In this document: in pieces, positions 26,232 to 35,899 of the stretch
How the letters are laid out: each line of letters opens with the position of its first letter
Position numbering within the stretch: the stretch's first letter is position 1
Virus record (IMG/VR): IMGVR_UViG_3300014059_000011
Coordinates: 3,004-67,003 of that record
Reading direction: 5' to 3' (one strand)
Source of the DNA: a virus
Taxonomy: Duplodnaviria > Caudoviricetes
DNA length: 64,000 nucleotides
Program-made: the position numbers and the translations under genes
The notes under the pieces: generated by a model
The model's input: the letters and a program-made list of their open reading frames with translations, nothing else
The model's database searches: none
What the model was told of the DNA's origin: nothing

Positions 26232-26894
26232 TTACCAACTCTTACTTGAAGAGGTATCCTCTGATCCGAGGAATCGACCAGGCTGCTCTGCGTAAGAAAT
26301 CTCACGATAAACCGAAGTCACATCGTGTGAATCTAGAGCCTCAATGCTCTCATCAGCAGGCCCCTTATCAAGAGGAAGAAGCTTGTACTGAGTATCAGTA
26401 CCAGCACCGTTTCTCTTGAACATGTAATCACGATCCATGATCGTTCCGTTCATTGCAGCAAACTCCACAATGTCCTGTGCCACATGCTGTGCTGAGAACT
26501 TCTGATCAAGGATACGAGGCTGCCATGATGGGTTACCGTCATCGTCCTGCATTAGAACAGCAACGTTGACAACAAGGTGAGGCTTAGCCTTCCACTTGAA
26601 ATCCTCTGCGATCTGCTCACATGCCCAACACTTGTAACCATACTCGGCCTTATCCTTGGTACATACGGCAGTCTTTTTGAAGTCAGAAGGTGACACATGC
26701 ACCTGCACGACTTCAGCAGGCCCGAAATCGGGATCGTACTGCTTTGAATCCTCTGTTAGCTCCTGACGGAATCTGATTCTGTAACTCTCTCCATCCTTTA
26801 CGATGAAGTAACGAGGAATCTGATTCTCGTTGTTGCTCTTTTCCTTTCTCTTTGTTGCTTCTTGTAGCTCACTGAGCGTCTTAAATGCTCCCAT
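26232..26894 (-). CDS. Single-stranded DNA-binding protein (gp32-like)
   Basis: RIRF...VHV...C...CWAC...RDYMFKRNGAGTDTQY; acidic tail; lies next to primase. Confidence 0.75.
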   Translation of the reverse strand: MGAFKTLSELQEATKRKEKSNNENQIPRYFIVKDGESYRIRFRQELTEDSKQYDPDFGPAEVVQVHVSPSDFKKTAVCTKDKAEYGYKCWACEQIAEDFKWKAKPHLVVNVAVLMQDDDGNPSWQPRILDQKFSAQHVAQDIVEFAAMNGTIMDRDYMFKRNGAGTDTQYKLLPLDKGPADESIEALDSHDVTSVYREISYAEQPGRFLGSEDTSSSKSW

Positions 26895-26962
26895 TTTTTC
26901 TCCTATTTTTCTGTTATTTGTTTTCCCCTGGGATGGCTCCCGTGGGGGATACTATTTCATTA
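26895..26962 (-). promoter_or_regulatory. Promoter plus structured leader of the SSB gene
   Basis: TG-a-TATAAT, then TCCCC-cac-GGGA-gcca-TCCC-a-GGGGA hairpin, then an A-rich tract and AGGAG. Confidence 0.5.
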
Positions 26963-27883
26963 TATCACAGATTCGTTGAAAGACCACGACAGGTAATCCA
27001 CCGAATCTGTGATCATATCTCTAATCTGGTCTACCGTCAGATCACCGGGGTCCTTCGCATCATTGCCATAAATAACAAGGCGAAGTTCTTTCATTGGGCA
27101 CTCTTGACAAATCCTGTCACGCATTTTTCTGCCAGGATCATCATTGTCATAAAAGATGATGATTTCATTGAAGTAATGATTCAGCAATTGAATGTGTTCA
27201 TCAGTTACATTCGCACCAAGTGTTGCAACAACATTTGGAAATCCCGCCTGATGCACCATCATCGCATCCAAGCTTCCCTCGACAACAATGGCAGTGCCAT
27301 AATGCTTTGCATTGTTCAGATTGAACAACACACCCTTGCGAGGGAAGCCCTTTGAATACTTGTACTTTGGCTTGATCTTCTCATCTGTATGACGACCTAT
27401 GAACCCCTTTAGACGATAATGCTCGTCCCTGGCGGGAATGACAATAACACCCTTCTTTTCAGAATATCCAACACCAAAATGCTTAAGTGTTGAAAGATGA
27501 AATCCTCTATTCACCAGATAATCAAGCTTCTCTGTTTCATTAGAGTCATAGTTAATACTCACTCGTTCCATTGCCTCTTCCCAATCTTCGGCAACCTCTT
27601 CTTGAAGTTCCTCATCAGAATCGTTCAGACTCTGAAGAATGTCATCAATATCAATCTCACGATGTTCGTGGAATGTCCCACCTAGCTTCGCAGAGAGGCT
27701 AGAGAGACTTCCACTTTGATTACAATCAGGATTAAAGCAACACCAAAGGCCCGTCTTCTTGTTGATTGAAAACGCAGGGCTATCGGTGTTATGATGGAAA
27801 GGGCAGTATAAAGCATATTCCTGCCCATCATCTCTTGCAACATTTAACCCGAGCTTTTCTAACTCTTGCTTTACGTTAAACAT
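26960..27883 (-). CDS. dnaG: DNA primase
   Basis: CPFH...WCCFNPDC zinc finger; VVEGSLDA and YDNDDPG TOPRIM. Confidence 0.92.
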   Translation of the reverse strand: MFNVKQELEKLGLNVARDDGQEYALYCPFHHNTDSPAFSINKKTGLWCCFNPDCNQSGSLSSLSAKLGGTFHEHREIDIDDILQSLNDSDEELQEEVAEDWEEAMERVSINYDSNETEKLDYLVNRGFHLSTLKHFGVGYSEKKGVIVIPARDEHYRLKGFIGRHTDEKIKPKYKYSKGFPRKGVLFNLNNAKHYGTAIVVEGSLDAMMVHQAGFPNVVATLGANVTDEHIQLLNHYFNEIIIFYDNDDPGRKMRDRICQECPMKELRLVIYGNDAKDPGDLTVDQIRDMITDSVDYLSWSFNESVI

Positions 27884-27895
27884 TTGCCTCCTGGC

Positions 27896-28087
27896 CTAAT
27901 TGTAGAACTTCAGTTTGAACTTGAACTGGTTAGTCTCCGGTACAAAGTCCCAAAATAGTTTAGTGAAAGCAAACTGAATATTCTGATCCTCTCGAACCAC
28001 ATCTTCAATCCAACCCCGTATACGTAAGATGTATTCAGAATCTCTAGCAATACCATTCTCAACATGGACTACCTTTCTCTTTTTCAT
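27896..28087 (-). CDS. Hypothetical protein
   Basis: MKKRKVVHVENG..., ATGA/ATAG-type coupling. Confidence 0.55.
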   Translation of the reverse strand: MKKRKVVHVENGIARDSEYILRIRGWIEDVVREDQNIQFAFTKLFWDFVPETNQFKFKLKFYN

Positions 28088-29307
28088 AGGAAATCTCCAT
28101 CGAACATTTCTTGCCACTTGCCGGTATCCAAATCCCAATCAAGATAGAAAGCGAAAGGAGGACAGCGGCGTGTCTTTCTTGTAATAACTTGGAAGTTGTT
28201 GCTGTCAGGCACACGATGCTGTGCAAGCACCATATCCGAATCGTAAACAAGCTGCTTAGACCAAGCAATCTCATTTAGCTCCGGTGGACGCTCAGCGTGA
28301 CCATTCTCCATCGTAACACCAGAAACGTCAATAACTGGCACACGGTTTCTAACAGCAATACGCTTGAAGTCCTTTGAGAGATTCTTAGCTCTCTCTGTCT
28401 CTGTCCCGCCCTTGCGAGCATCATCAAATAGAGTGTGATAGTCAAGAATCACAAGATCGGGCTTATACTGCTCAATCTTGGCCTGAACAAAGAACTGGTC
28501 AGCTACCTCAACACCGTCTGATGTGATCAGATGAAAAGGATGAGTATCGTTGAATTCATTAGCCGCCCACGCCTCATAATCTTCAGGAAGAATGTTCTTT
28601 CCATGAGAAAGCTGTGAATTCTTGAATACCTTTCCGGCGTTAAGGATTGTGTCCATACGATACAACTCCTGAGTCTTATCCATCTCAAGAGAGATGATAA
28701 GAGGAGTGTACCCTTGCTTCCAAGCGTTAACCGCAAATAATCTTGTCAGGAATGACTTACCGGCACCAGTCCAGCCCATGACGACAACGAAGTCACCAGG
28801 CTGCCATCCTCCGAAATGCGTATCAATTGTGGAAATGCCACTTGGGATACCAAGAACATGGTCATCAGGATTATTGACACGTTCACGAAGAATTTCCGCT
28901 CGCTCTTTCCAGTCCGTAACGTCAATGTCCTTCAGCCTCCCACTTTCACGCATGATTTCTGTTGACTGTGTTGCCAGCAGGTTTAGGATTTGTTGAGGAT
29001 CATCTCCTTTTTTCAAACCCTCTGTAGCTTTTAGAAGGGTGCTACGAACCCTTTGTCCCATACTTTTTGATTCTGCTTCGTCAATGTAATAATTCAGCGG
29101 TGACTTTGTAGTGATAAACTCAAAATCGCTGAACTTTCCCTTGAGAGCATCTTTTGATGGGGTCGTTCCATACTTTGAATTGAATTCAAGAATGAATTCC
29201 CATACGTCCCGATGATCGGTAAAGACCTTCCCAACATTTCTGTCGACACAAGTCTGCAAATCACCAGAATCAATAATCGCATTGATTAATTGAGTCTCGT
29301 AGTTCAA
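28084..29307 (-). CDS. dnaB: Replicative DNA helicase
   Basis: GWTGAGKS, ISLEM, ILDYH. Confidence 0.92.
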   Translation of the reverse strand: MNYETQLINAIIDSGDLQTCVDRNVGKVFTDHRDVWEFILEFNSKYGTTPSKDALKGKFSDFEFITTKSPLNYYIDEAESKSMGQRVRSTLLKATEGLKKGDDPQQILNLLATQSTEIMRESGRLKDIDVTDWKERAEILRERVNNPDDHVLGIPSGISTIDTHFGGWQPGDFVVVMGWTGAGKSFLTRLFAVNAWKQGYTPLIISLEMDKTQELYRMDTILNAGKVFKNSQLSHGKNILPEDYEAWAANEFNDTHPFHLITSDGVEVADQFFVQAKIEQYKPDLVILDYHTLFDDARKGGTETERAKNLSKDFKRIAVRNRVPVIDVSGVTMENGHAERPPELNEIAWSKQLVYDSDMVLAQHRVPDSNNFQVITRKTRRCPPFAFYLDWDLDTGKWQEMFDGDFL

Positions 29308-29630
29308 TATCCACTTTCCATTCTAGCTTTAGTTTCGGCTAATGTTTTCTTGAAGTTTTCAACAGAGGCTCTCTCTGCTTCAACCTGCTCTCTGATTTTC
29401 CCAACTACAATAGCAAAATCGTAGATTAGGATGGTTCCCTCATGATCGTCAATATACTTGATGATGCACTCATCAAGAACATCTAGAGAAGAGAACTCTT
29501 CGTGATACTTGTAAAGACTCTTTGCTATAGAAGGATCACGGGCCTCATCAGGAATAAACAACTTCTTTTTCTGATGACAATATTTCTTGAATCTGTCTTG
29601 GACAGTTTCGACTTGCTTTTGCGTTACCAA
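29304..29630 (-). CDS. Hypothetical protein
   Basis: Coupled to the helicase; start uncertain. Confidence 0.6.
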   Translation of the reverse strand: MVTQKQVETVQDRFKKYCHQKKKLFIPDEARDPSIAKSLYKYHEEFSSLDVLDECIIKYIDDHEGTILIYDFAIVVGKIREQVEAERASVENFKKTLAETKARMESGY

Positions 29631-29858
29631 CTACTTGGCCTCCAAATCCGCCTTAGCTTCCTGAATCTTCAGGGTTAGCTGCTCATCAATTTCATTCCAC
29701 AATTCATCCCACTCATCTGAACCATCAGAATCAGGACCAACTGTTTTCTTTGAACCGGCATCAACCCTGAAACTCTCAAAATTACCAGTGTTAATGGTGA
29801 CTCCAATAGAACCCCATACCTCATCGCCGTGTGTTGGCTTGCTACTTCCTGCTGTCAT
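29631..29858 (-). CDS. Hypothetical phage protein
   Basis: IGVTINTGNFESFRVDAG motif; RBS AGGAGA. Confidence 0.7.
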   Translation of the reverse strand: MTAGSSKPTHGDEVWGSIGVTINTGNFESFRVDAGSKKTVGPDSDGSDEWDELWNEIDEQLTLKIQEAKADLEAK

Positions 29859-29867
29859 TTTCTTCTC

Positions 29868-30335
29868 CTATATTTTGCTTTTAATTTCTTCGAAGCGAGA
29901 CTTTAGTCTCCTTCTAACCTCTGTTTTATTGACCCCAAAACTTTCGTTGGTTTTGCTGGGCCTTCCAACCGGCGCTCTATTCTCAAAGAATGTGATCAGC
30001 TTATTGATGTCTTTAAGCGTATATATTCTCAGATTTTGATTGCCGATTTTATGTCGATTCGGTGAGTCGATCAGACCGGCCCGCTCGTACTTCCTCATTG
30101 TATCAGGCGACCTCTGCAACATGGCAGCTACCTCCCCGATTTTCCACGCAGGGGTGAGGATTCGGGGTGCTATTTCTACGTCCAATGTTTCGTTAGATTT
30201 TATATCATAACGATAGATGAAAACTTTTCCATGCACCCAATCAACCTTGATAAGCTTACAAACCGCCCCGCTAGGCAGGACGTAAAGCTTTCCAGGTCTT
30301 AACTTTGCCAAATCGTACTCTGTAAATGTCTTCAT
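29868..30335 (-). CDS. MerR-type HTH DNA-binding protein with an N-terminal extra domain
   Basis: WKIGEVAAMLQRSPDTMRKYERAGLI...RIYT. Confidence 0.82.
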   Translation of the reverse strand: MKTFTEYDLAKLRPGKLYVLPSGAVCKLIKVDWVHGKVFIYRYDIKSNETLDVEIAPRILTPAWKIGEVAAMLQRSPDTMRKYERAGLIDSPNRHKIGNQNLRIYTLKDINKLITFFENRAPVGRPSKTNESFGVNKTEVRRRLKSRFEEIKSKI

Positions 30336-30528
30336 CTAGTCTCTTTTTGAAATTGTTCCACTTTCTCAATGGCACAAATGTTTCGTCACCACAATGAAGA
30401 CAATACAAAACCTGCATGTGTCTCTTGGTTTCATCATCAACATATGTGATATCTTCGATCACCTTGCCACCGCAGGTCAACCACTCAAGCGGCCTAACCT
30501 CAACTTTTCTTCTACAGGATAACATCAC
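30271..30528 (-). CDS. Hypothetical zinc-binding protein
   Basis: CGG...YCLHCG; start uncertain. Confidence 0.55.
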   Translation of the reverse strand: MMLSCRRKVEVRPLEWLTCGGKVIEDITYVDDETKRHMQVLYCLHCGDETFVPLRKWNNFKKRLDEDIYRVRFGKVKTWKALRPA

Positions 30529-31697
30529 ACCACCTGAAGATCACGATAGCCATAGCTTCCCACCACGAAAGTCAGAAGCCCAGGAGGACTTACCTGGCCC
30601 TTAAGATTCTTCCACCATGTTGACTCTGACTCAACAGATGGACACTGAATGCAGATTCTCTCCATGTTGTACTCAATCACCGAGAAGTGATGATAGTGAC
30701 CAGTGACAAGAATCTTGGCATCAGCAACAGGCTGACAACCAACGATCTGATTTGACCACCAATCCCAAATCTTCTTCTGTGGGCTTGAACCTGTTCCTGC
30801 AATGTGTCCGTGAGCAAACCCAACCTTTGTTCCATACAGATCAAGGATCGTATAAATCTCATCCTCAGGAAGCTCAAATCTAACGTGACCATATGCCTCT
30901 GGATTATCCGTTAGGATATCATGAATCTCTTCAAAGATAGCTACGTCATCATTGTCGCCCGGCGTTGTGAACGCTCTACCATTGGCTCTGTTCTCACCGT
31001 GATTTCCAGGCACCGCTGTAATGATCACTTCACTTGCCTCAGCAGAAACTTTCTTGATCAGGTCAAAGATCAATCGTCTTGCAAGTCTTGTCTGCTGACG
31101 ACGATTCAATTCGACGTTATATGGTTGTGAAGCATACTGACCATCACAACCCTCAATAATATCACCAAGGCCCGCAACGACAATCGTACCAATATCACGG
31201 CCGATCTTGCGAAGCTCCTTCAAGCGATCAAGCGATGCATCAGTTGAATCTTGGAATCGCTCGATCGTTCCCTTGACACCATCACCGTCATTCTTTCCAA
31301 ACTGCGTATCTGCTACATTGATCACAAATGCTTCGCTGCCAGTGGGAAGCTGCTTGGCCTTCTTTTTATGGCTCTTAACTTCCTTGATCAAGTCATCGAA
31401 ATCTAACGTGCGTACAGAATCACGCTGTCTTACTGTTGCTTTGTAACTCCAAAGCGTCTGAATTCCTTCAGTTGTTTGAGTCTCCCATTGAGACACCTTC
31501 AATGTCCCGTTGACAATCTCATACTCCTTCGGTGAAAACCCCCACCGTTCTAACAAGGTGTCCTTGTCGGTTACCGGAGCATCATAAGGGTCTGACGTAA
31601 TCTCAACACCTTCGTCATCTTCCTCTGTCCCCGGCCTTAACGCTGCTGGCACCTTCACGCCTTCAGCCACCTGTCCTTCTATACCGCTCTCTGTCAT
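30525..31697 (-). CDS. Metallophosphoesterase (Mre11/SbcD-like fold)
   Basis: ADTQFG, LGDIIEG, PGNHGE, AHGH, GHYHH. Confidence 0.85.
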   Translation of the reverse strand: MTESGIEGQVAEGVKVPAALRPGTEEDDEGVEITSDPYDAPVTDKDTLLERWGFSPKEYEIVNGTLKVSQWETQTTEGIQTLWSYKATVRQRDSVRTLDFDDLIKEVKSHKKKAKQLPTGSEAFVINVADTQFGKNDGDGVKGTIERFQDSTDASLDRLKELRKIGRDIGTIVVAGLGDIIEGCDGQYASQPYNVELNRRQQTRLARRLIFDLIKKVSAEASEVIITAVPGNHGENRANGRAFTTPGDNDDVAIFEEIHDILTDNPEAYGHVRFELPEDEIYTILDLYGTKVGFAHGHIAGTGSSPQKKIWDWWSNQIVGCQPVADAKILVTGHYHHFSVIEYNMERICIQCPSVESESTWWKNLKGQVSPPGLLTFVVGSYGYRDLQVV

Positions 31698-31739
31698 TAA
31701 ATGTCCTTTCGTCGGTCCCTCATCGTATCAAACCGGCCA

Positions 31740-32183
31740 TCAAACCACAACCTCGCCAGGGGCGGGGTCGGAGGATTCGAACTTACCATTTGCTGTTCGC
31801 TTACGTGGAGAAACCTTTTCTCTTTCTCTTACTTTATTTCTCATATGAGTTTTCTGCTCTAATGTTTTTCTTTTTCCTTCCCTGTGAATTATACTGTGTT
31901 CTGGTATAGTCGTTAGGAATAGATTTTCTTTTCTGTTATCTAGCTTGATTTCATTGATGTGATGGATCGTTTCCCACGGCTGAAGATATCTTCCCAAGAT
32001 GGCTTCAATGACCAAACGATGCTCATATACGTACCCAGCATTGTTGAAAGGGTGATCAGGAGCCAATACACGAAGATAACCCTTATCGTCCATGTACTTT
32101 CCCCCGGTGAAGTTTGGATTTCCAGAACCCTTTCTAGCATCATTACCCCACTTGATTTCCTTTCTACGAGATGCTAAAGGCAT
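31740..32183 (-). CDS. HNH homing endonuclease
   Basis: YEHRLVIEAILGR...IHHINEIKLDNRKENL. Confidence 0.9.
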   Translation of the reverse strand: MPLASRRKEIKWGNDARKGSGNPNFTGGKYMDDKGYLRVLAPDHPFNNAGYVYEHRLVIEAILGRYLQPWETIHHINEIKLDNRKENLFLTTIPEHSIIHREGKRKTLEQKTHMRNKVREREKVSPRKRTANGKFESSDPAPGEVVV

Positions 32184-32710
32184 TACGCAGGAGCCATGTA
32201 CTCGCCAAGGTCTTCAACAATGAGCTGTCTAGGCGATACTGCGGTAGCTCTAAAGCGAGCAGTTGCTCCACCTCCACCACCATTCATTATCCTCCCCTTT
32301 ACTCTGTATGTGTGATCGCCAGCGGCGGGGCTATGAAGATACCAGACTTCCTGAGGACCAATGTTCTGCTCCTTCTTTCCCGTGAAGAGAGCAGACGTAA
32401 GTTGTGATCCACCTGAGAAGATTCCGATAAGCGTTGTCATATCAGCACTGTTCTTCATGGACTTCTGACGGTATGTTACACGAATCAATCTGTTCTCCCC
32501 CACCGTCACAGTAACTGCCATACCAGTGATGGTTGTAGCAGTTGATGATGTGGTTGTGAACTCATCCGTTGACTCTGCCCACCCGAGAACACCGGCAGGC
32601 ATTGCTGTCACCAAATCCTTAAGGTGTTGATCGTTTTCACTCATCTTCGCCAGGTTGGTAGAAGAGATAGGTACTCCGTCAGTCCATGTTACGTACTCAA
32701 AATCAGCCAT
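32183..32710 (-). CDS. Minor tail/virion protein, paralog of the C-terminal domain of 32744..35899
   Basis: PAGVLG...LIVEDLG versus PGGVVA...LMVEDIG. Confidence 0.65.
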   Translation of the reverse strand: MADFEYVTWTDGVPISSTNLAKMSENDQHLKDLVTAMPAGVLGWAESTDEFTTTSSTATTITGMAVTVTVGENRLIRVTYRQKSMKNSADMTTLIGIFSGGSQLTSALFTGKKEQNIGPQEVWYLHSPAAGDHTYRVKGRIMNGGGGGATARFRATAVSPRQLIVEDLGEYMAPA

Positions 32711-32743
32711 ACTATATTATACCATGATCATGTTCACATGCGA

Positions 32744-35700
32744 CTAGGCAGCATATGTGTACGACCCTATATCCTCCACCATGAGAAATTGCCCGAGCAG
32801 ATCAACTCCTAAGTCACCAGTAGTAACTGCTGTTCCAGTTCCTGAAATTCTTTGTAGGTAAACTTCAACATCATCCGTAACGTCAGCATCTGGCTTAAAT
32901 ATTCCAACAAGATCAAGAGGTGCTCTAAAGTCAGCAGAACCAGCAGTTGCTCTTGTCGATACAATCACCGTGCTACCGACCTGAATCCTGACCTCAAAGA
33001 TAGCCCCACTGTCTGTCATTTTAATGCTTTTGCCATGACATGTAAATCTATATGCTCGACCAGCTTCAAGTTTTACATCAAGAAGATTGTTGATTAACAA
33101 TGCTGTTGTTCCAGATGTTGATGAACTATCACTGCTGTATCCTGTGAGCGCAACGACACCACCGGGAATAATTGTTGCATCTGCATAATCATATCTCTGA
33201 ATGGCAGCATCTGTCAGAACTAGCCCTTCAAGCTGTGGAACCCTATAAAGCTCTGCATCATCCATAAATATATTTTCAGATATCGCTGGTGCCACAACAA
33301 TCTCTACATAAAGATGTGTGGTTCCTGCTGGGGCAATTGAATATGTATAATTTGATAAATAGAAATTGTCATCAGAAGCACTCCATGCTGCATTGTTGAA
33401 TGATGGAAGCTCATTAACAACTGATGTCGATATCAACTGATTTGAAACATCGTAATACCTGATATTTACATATGAGAAGGCTGTAGAAACACTATCACTC
33501 TTAAACCAGGCGTTGACAGCCCAAGCATCACCCTCTGTTGCTTCTACAGAATTACTTAGAAGATGAACAATCATTGAACTTTCATATGGATCAATTTTCA
33601 TAGATGCTGCACCAGTTCTAAATGTGCCAGTATCTCTTGTCAGAGTTGCTGAATCAACTGTACTTCCACCATTAAGCGTGTATTCATATCCATGATAATC
33701 AGTGAAGAGATTATCAATCTCGCTCCACCCGTTACTGAAAATTCCATCTGGACCTGTTGACGATGCACCGTCATACCCAGCATAAACAGCAAATCCAAAC
33801 AACGATCCAACAGTCGCTGATCCGGAAGCAGTATATGCCCCCACGTTTCCAATTCTCAGATCGGCAGTCGAGCTATAAATGGAAGTTGTTCCAGCAGTTG
33901 TTTGAGTTGTTCCAATCTGCGTCCATGATCCATACACGGCACTCGTTGACTTGTAAAACTTGACGACCCTGCTTCCAGCACCATTGTTTACGTCAATCGT
34001 TGCACGAACCCAATACGCTGTTCCATCAACAAATAATGGTGCGGTTGAAGTATGAACAACTTGGCTTGCGACAGTTCCATTTGGCGAAGTAGCAAGAATC
34101 AGATTCCCCGATGGGTCGAGCGCCAAAACATATGACCTTTGATCACCAGTTTCATTCCACTTTCCAATAAGATACTTATGCCCTGTCGTTGTATAGTCAG
34201 AAAGTTGTATTCTAACTGCAATATCCAAATCACCAGTAATATCAGCAATTGCATTATCAGGCAATACCAGATAATCATTCACCGTAGAAAGTGATACTGC
34301 CGCTGCATTATTAATTGTCCATCCAGAAACGTTTGTTTCAAACGTTCCATTTGTAATCTTGTTATCTGTTCTTGTTGCTGTAATTGAAGATGTCACAATG
34401 TCCCCCCTTGCTGTTACATCGTTGAATTCTGCACTTCCATCACCATGAATTTGCCACCCGGCAACACCTGTTGCAAAGTCTGAAGAAGCAATTGCTTCTG
34501 TTGTAATAGCAGTAACTGCTAGCTCATTGGCCGTAATAGAATTTGCCACAATATCTGCCCCGCCGTCTAGGCGCAGCAGTTGTGATGCAGAGCTTACTGT
34601 TCCGGCCGCTGCCGAACCATCATTGTCTTTTGCAATGATCTTAAAGTAATAATTGGTATCATAGGCAATATCTGTTGTTCCATCAGGAAGCTTCTTGATG
34701 AACGTAGATAGCCCAGGTGTTGTCGTACACAGTGTTGAACCGCTTGGTGTGAACCCTGATGTTGTGCCCATATGAACGTCGTAATATACGGTGTCTGCGT
34801 TTGATACAGCAGACCACTTGACCCTGAAATAATTTGGCCCGCCAACTACCGATCCAGACGCAGCAAGGCTTGGAGATGACGCTGGTGCAGCACCATCTGT
34901 AATGTCAGAGCCAGGAATGTAAACCGTTGTGCCACTTGCTGTTGATGACCACGATGAGGAATACACACCAGTCGCTGATTTTGTCTTAGCACGGAAATAA
35001 TAGGTTGTCAGGTGATCAAGGCCAGTGATAGTCAGTGTTGTTCCAGCAACCTCTCTTGTGGCAAAAATAGATGAAAAATCAGAAGCAATTGAAACCTCAA
35101 CCTTTGTCATGATGTTGACCCCAACAGAGTGAACTGTTGTTGTAGGTGTCCATGTCAATGTTGCTGTATCATAACCCATAACCAAAGAAAGACCGGTTGG
35201 TGCGGCAGGAGCATCAGCGTTTGCAGTTGTTGTGATTGTACCTTCAAGATATGAATCACTCTTAACGCCAATTCTATTAATTCCCCTAATTCGGAATGTG
35301 TAATCCACGCCAGTTGTCAACCCACGAATCTGAATATCTTGCTGATCTGTAACAAGAAAAGTTCTCTTATCTGTACTGGCGAACTCAGAAGTTCTTCCAT
35401 ATGAAACTTGATACTCAATTGTGGTATCAACAGACTGTGTGATAACTTCTGTAACATCAACAGTATCAGTATCGTCAATACCTTCTACAGAGCCTTCGTA
35501 GAACACAGGAGCAGTATTCTCAACCTCTCCATCATAAGAGTTGGCTTCATCATCGGTAAGAGTTGTCACTGATCCTGCATCAGCAGCAGTATCCGTTGGG
35601 GAATCCCAAGTTACACGGACCCACGAAGTTCCATTGACATTCTGCCCTGTTGTTAGTCCAAGATTCACAGGGGCGCTTACGACGCCGCTCAGTGGAATCC

Positions 35701-35899
35701 CTTCTACAACAGGGATGCCCTCGACAGCCGGATCATCCTCTCCGCCCTCGTTACCTGGCAGCGCTTTTTGCACCTTTTTAACGAGGTCTACGAGGTCATC
35801 TTCATCATAAGCAGAAAAGTCAATTTTCGTAGAATCTTTTCCATCGTGCTTATGCCCACCAATTCTATGAAAACCTACTGCTGACTCACTTGTTGCCAT
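32744..35899 (-). CDS. Minor tail protein (FN3 repeats, LamG-like and CBM-like domains)
   Basis: Several PxAPTGL/WxVTW...YxFRI FN3 units; NGTFET...GW; Thr/Ser-rich. Confidence 0.85.
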   Translation of the reverse strand: MATSESAVGFHRIGGHKHDGKDSTKIDFSAYDEDDLVDLVKKVQKALPGNEGGEDDPAVEGIPVVEGIPLSGVVSAPVNLGLTTGQNVNGTSWVRVTWDSPTDTAADAGSVTTLTDDEANSYDGEVENTAPVFYEGSVEGIDDTDTVDVTEVITQSVDTTIEYQVSYGRTSEFASTDKRTFLVTDQQDIQIRGLTTGVDYTFRIRGINRIGVKSDSYLEGTITTTANADAPAAPTGLSLVMGYDTATLTWTPTTTVHSVGVNIMTKVEVSIASDFSSIFATREVAGTTLTITGLDHLTTYYFRAKTKSATGVYSSSWSSTASGTTVYIPGSDITDGAAPASSPSLAASGSVVGGPNYFRVKWSAVSNADTVYYDVHMGTTSGFTPSGSTLCTTTPGLSTFIKKLPDGTTDIAYDTNYYFKIIAKDNDGSAAAGTVSSASQLLRLDGGADIVANSITANELAVTAITTEAIASSDFATGVAGWQIHGDGSAEFNDVTARGDIVTSSITATRTDNKITNGTFETNVSGWTINNAAAVSLSTVNDYLVLPDNAIADITGDLDIAVRIQLSDYTTTGHKYLIGKWNETGDQRSYVLALDPSGNLILATSPNGTVASQVVHTSTAPLFVDGTAYWVRATIDVNNGAGSRVVKFYKSTSAVYGSWTQIGTTQTTAGTTSIYSSTADLRIGNVGAYTASGSATVGSLFGFAVYAGYDGASSTGPDGIFSNGWSEIDNLFTDYHGYEYTLNGGSTVDSATLTRDTGTFRTGAASMKIDPYESSMIVHLLSNSVEATEGDAWAVNAWFKSDSVSTAFSYVNIRYYDVSNQLISTSVVNELPSFNNAAWSASDDNFYLSNYTYSIAPAGTTHLYVEIVVAPAISENIFMDDAELYRVPQLEGLVLTDAAIQRYDYADATIIPGGVVALTGYSSDSSSTSGTTALLINNLLDVKLEAGRAYRFTCHGKSIKMTDSGAIFEVRIQVGSTVIVSTRATAGSADFRAPLDLVGIFKPDADVTDDVEVYLQRISGTGTAVTTGDLGVDLLGQFLMVEDIGSYTYAA

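Noticed and set aside
31755-31795. GTTCGAATCC T-loop-like sequence at the end of the HNH gene
   Set aside because: The flanks do not form a T-stem or acceptor stem; it reads as coding sequence (KFESSDP).
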